Below, piece by piece: positions 63,328-64,000 of a stretch of 64,000 bases of DNA. This DNA comes from Podarcis filfolensis (Eukaryota): assembly GCA_964270895.1 (NCBI GenBank), contig OZ185445.1. One strand, 5' to 3'. The stretch's first letter is position 1. Every line of letters starts with the position of its first letter. Both the position numbers and the translations under genes were made by a program. A model generated the notes under the pieces. The model did not search any database and was not told the origin of the DNA. It saw nothing but the letters and a program-made list of their open reading frames with translations.

Positions 63328-64000
63328 GTAGGAACTGGTGTTACGCTGTAGCTCTGTCCCTCGGTCATAAGCATAAGGTAGTCCTGAGGGAAATCTTAAG
63401 AGTACCAGGCAATGAAGTTCAAATATTTATCTTTTTCAATATTTACCCTGGACCATGAATACCTGGAAGCAAGGTTTCAGTGCAGACTTCCTGCGCATCA
63501 AGAAAGGGTTGTGTCTTAGTAGATTTGAAAGCACAGTAGCTTAAATACACTTCTTGCTAAAACCTTTCCCTTACTTTTTAATCGGTGAATAATCATAAGG
63601 GCGTATCCCCAATGCAATCCATTGTTCTATTTCTCATGCTAAGTCTCATTAAATATAAGGAGACTGAAACATTTGTAGCTTTTCCAGATTATGGACCCAG
63701 TTTGAAAGAATGTGGAATGCAAAAGACCCCACCTGTCCATTTTATCAGACTTTACAGTCAGCATGTATATGCTGTAAAGCTTGTTTGAAAGAAGTGGCGG
63801 CGGTTGAAAGCATTGTAATTATTCATTTATACTATGCAGATGAACCAAGTACTTCCCAGTCATGTGGTGATAACAAATACAACTAAGAAGTCGACTCCAG
63901 AGAGTTTGAAGAACCTTTGTTATAGTGTGAAGGTTTTTACAACTAAAATCTTGCATATAAACCCTTAGCTAGAATAGTAAGAGAGCTTAGGATTGTCCAT

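Overview
Vertebrate genomic DNA, almost certainly a squamate and probably a lacertid lizard, judged from its Sauria-type SINEs. The window holds the head-to-head gene pair POLK (minus strand) and CERT1/COL4A3BP (plus strand). For POLK (DNA polymerase kappa), nine coding exons were traced from 19858 down to 690, and the gene continues off the left edge. For CERT1 (ceramide transfer protein), coding exons 1-8 run from 29165 to 63327, and the gene continues off the right edge. The two share a CpG-island bidirectional promoter at about 28.4-29.5 kb, which contains a 139-N gap. The introns are filled with transposable elements: a near-complete L2 ORF2 nested inside a Sauria SINE, other SINEs, a truncated L1, and Tc2-, Tigger- and hAT-type MITEs, several nested. 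Almost all long ORFs in the supplied track are L2 or spurious GC-rich MITE frames. I found no convincing novel multi-gene system. The best leads are an in-frame stop or shifted acceptor in POLK exon 7, a Ser-to-Gly change in the POLK SLDE catalytic motif, a GNRA-capped long hairpin in CERT1 intron 2, an open in-frame CERT1 leader with a uORF, a candidate CERT1 poison exon, and ZNF143-type motifs shared between the promoter and a MITE. All coordinates and comparisons were made by eye, and human reference details are from memory.
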